Part shown: in pieces, positions 62,978 through 64,000 of the stretch
How positions within the stretch are numbered: the stretch's first letter is position 1
Layout of the letters: each line of letters starts with the position of its first letter
Assembly (NCBI GenBank): GCA_044892505.1
Contig: CM097883.1
Location: 45,260,001 to 45,324,000, forward strand
Length of the DNA stretch: 64,000 nt
Direction: 5' to 3'
DNA from: Schmidtea nova
Taxonomy: Eukaryota
The notes under the pieces: generated by a model
Seen by the model: only the letters and a program-made list of their open reading frames with translations
Databases searched by the model: none
What the model was told of the DNA's origin: nothing
Made by a program: the position numbers and the translations under genes

Positions 62978-63035
62978 TATTTATATTGCAAAAATCAACC
63001 AATTTAATAACCAACCATTTTATTGACCAACCAAT
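62978..63035 (-). promoter_or_regulatory. Putative core promoter of the RING gene
   Basis: TATAAATA at 62985-62978 (minus strand); CCAAT at 62999-63003 and 63031-63035. Confidence 0.4.
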
Positions 63036-63109
63036 GATTGAAAGTTTTTGCTAAACTGTTACATTAAAATGATGATAAGGGACATTGAAAATTAGGTAAC
63101 AATATATTT

Positions 63110-63230
63110 ATTATTAGAAATATGTTCAAGTAATGAGCTTTTGCACATAAAAACCATCACAGAATAGGTTCTGCTACTAGGGTTCTGCTCGCAATGTTCT
63201 GCTCGCAATGTTCTGCTACTAAATGTTCGG
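63110..63230 (+). repeat. Third copy of the GCTTTTGCACAT.AAAACCATCACAGAA..GGTTCTGCT repeat (also 59670-59800 plus strand and 60730-60820 minus strand)
   Basis: Direct sequence similarity. Confidence 0.7.
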
Positions 63231-64000
63231 TCACTATGACAAATACATGAAAAATTATCATACTATTGAGATAATCACACAAATAATTCTTAAATTATAG
63301 TACAAATATATCAAAAATATATGAAATATACATTACATACTTGAAATATTATCACAAAGTATCATTACATACATGAAATATCTACATACTTGCTCAATTA
63401 CACAGAAAATCATCAAAGTTACACACAAAATATGAAAAGTATATAGAAATTCGTCACATACAAAAACATCGTATATATGAAATATTATCAAAAATACATA
63501 GAAATTTATCACACACATACAAAATATCACCATACTATAGTGTATAACTATACATACAAAATATCAGAAATACATAAAATTTCATCTTACTATAGTTTGA
63601 TAACATAGAAATACATGAAATATCCTCAAAATACAGAAACTTTCACAGATATATAGATTCATCATACAAAATATCATATATATAAGAAATATCATTACAG
63701 ATTATGACATGCATGAAATATTGTTATTATAGTGCAAATTACATAGAAAATAGCAAAGATACATGAAATATCATCACAAAATACACACAAAATTATAGGA
63801 AATTTTTACACACTAGAAATAATAATAATAATAATCATAAAAAGAATATTATCATGCCAGTACAAAATTATACAGAATATTATCACATTGAACAAAAGCT
63901 TATCATATATATGAAATATTATTAAACTTTTATGTAAACTACAAAGAAAAATACAAACATATACACAAAATATTATCACATTATAGTGTCTAAACATTAG

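Overview
Eukaryotic, very AT-rich, gap-containing genomic DNA from an invertebrate animal. A planarian-like flatworm is my best guess, but the sequence does not establish it. Host genes are sparse: a spliced eIF2-alpha (36690-37831, 4 exons, introns of 41-79 nt), an intronless TNFAIP8/TIPE-family gene, the first exon of a calbindin/calretinin-like gene, two RING E3-like genes and one orphan ORF. There is also a two-exon gene missed by the ORF track (3512-3982, minus strand) encoding a secreted protein built from two homologous 8-cysteine modules. Most of the window is nested transposon debris: hAT (ZMYM1-like, ZBED/Ac-like, Buster/Charlie), Tigger/pogo, mariner, Ty3/Gypsy and solo LTRs, Penelope-like elements (PLEs) and a fossil Polinton-type protein-primed DNA polymerase B. 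The most striking hidden layer is RNA. At least 14 minimal type-I hammerhead ribozyme (HHR) motifs in four sequence families are present. One family has a compensatory U3-A8 core and sits in back-to-back (both-polarity) pairs; another caps the two arms of a foldback element. The right end carries a duplicated module of AP-1 and EGR sites, a GC hairpin and an array of canonical E2F sites, followed by minisatellite arrays and an IAP-type RING gene. All calls come from manual reading and translation; no searches were run.
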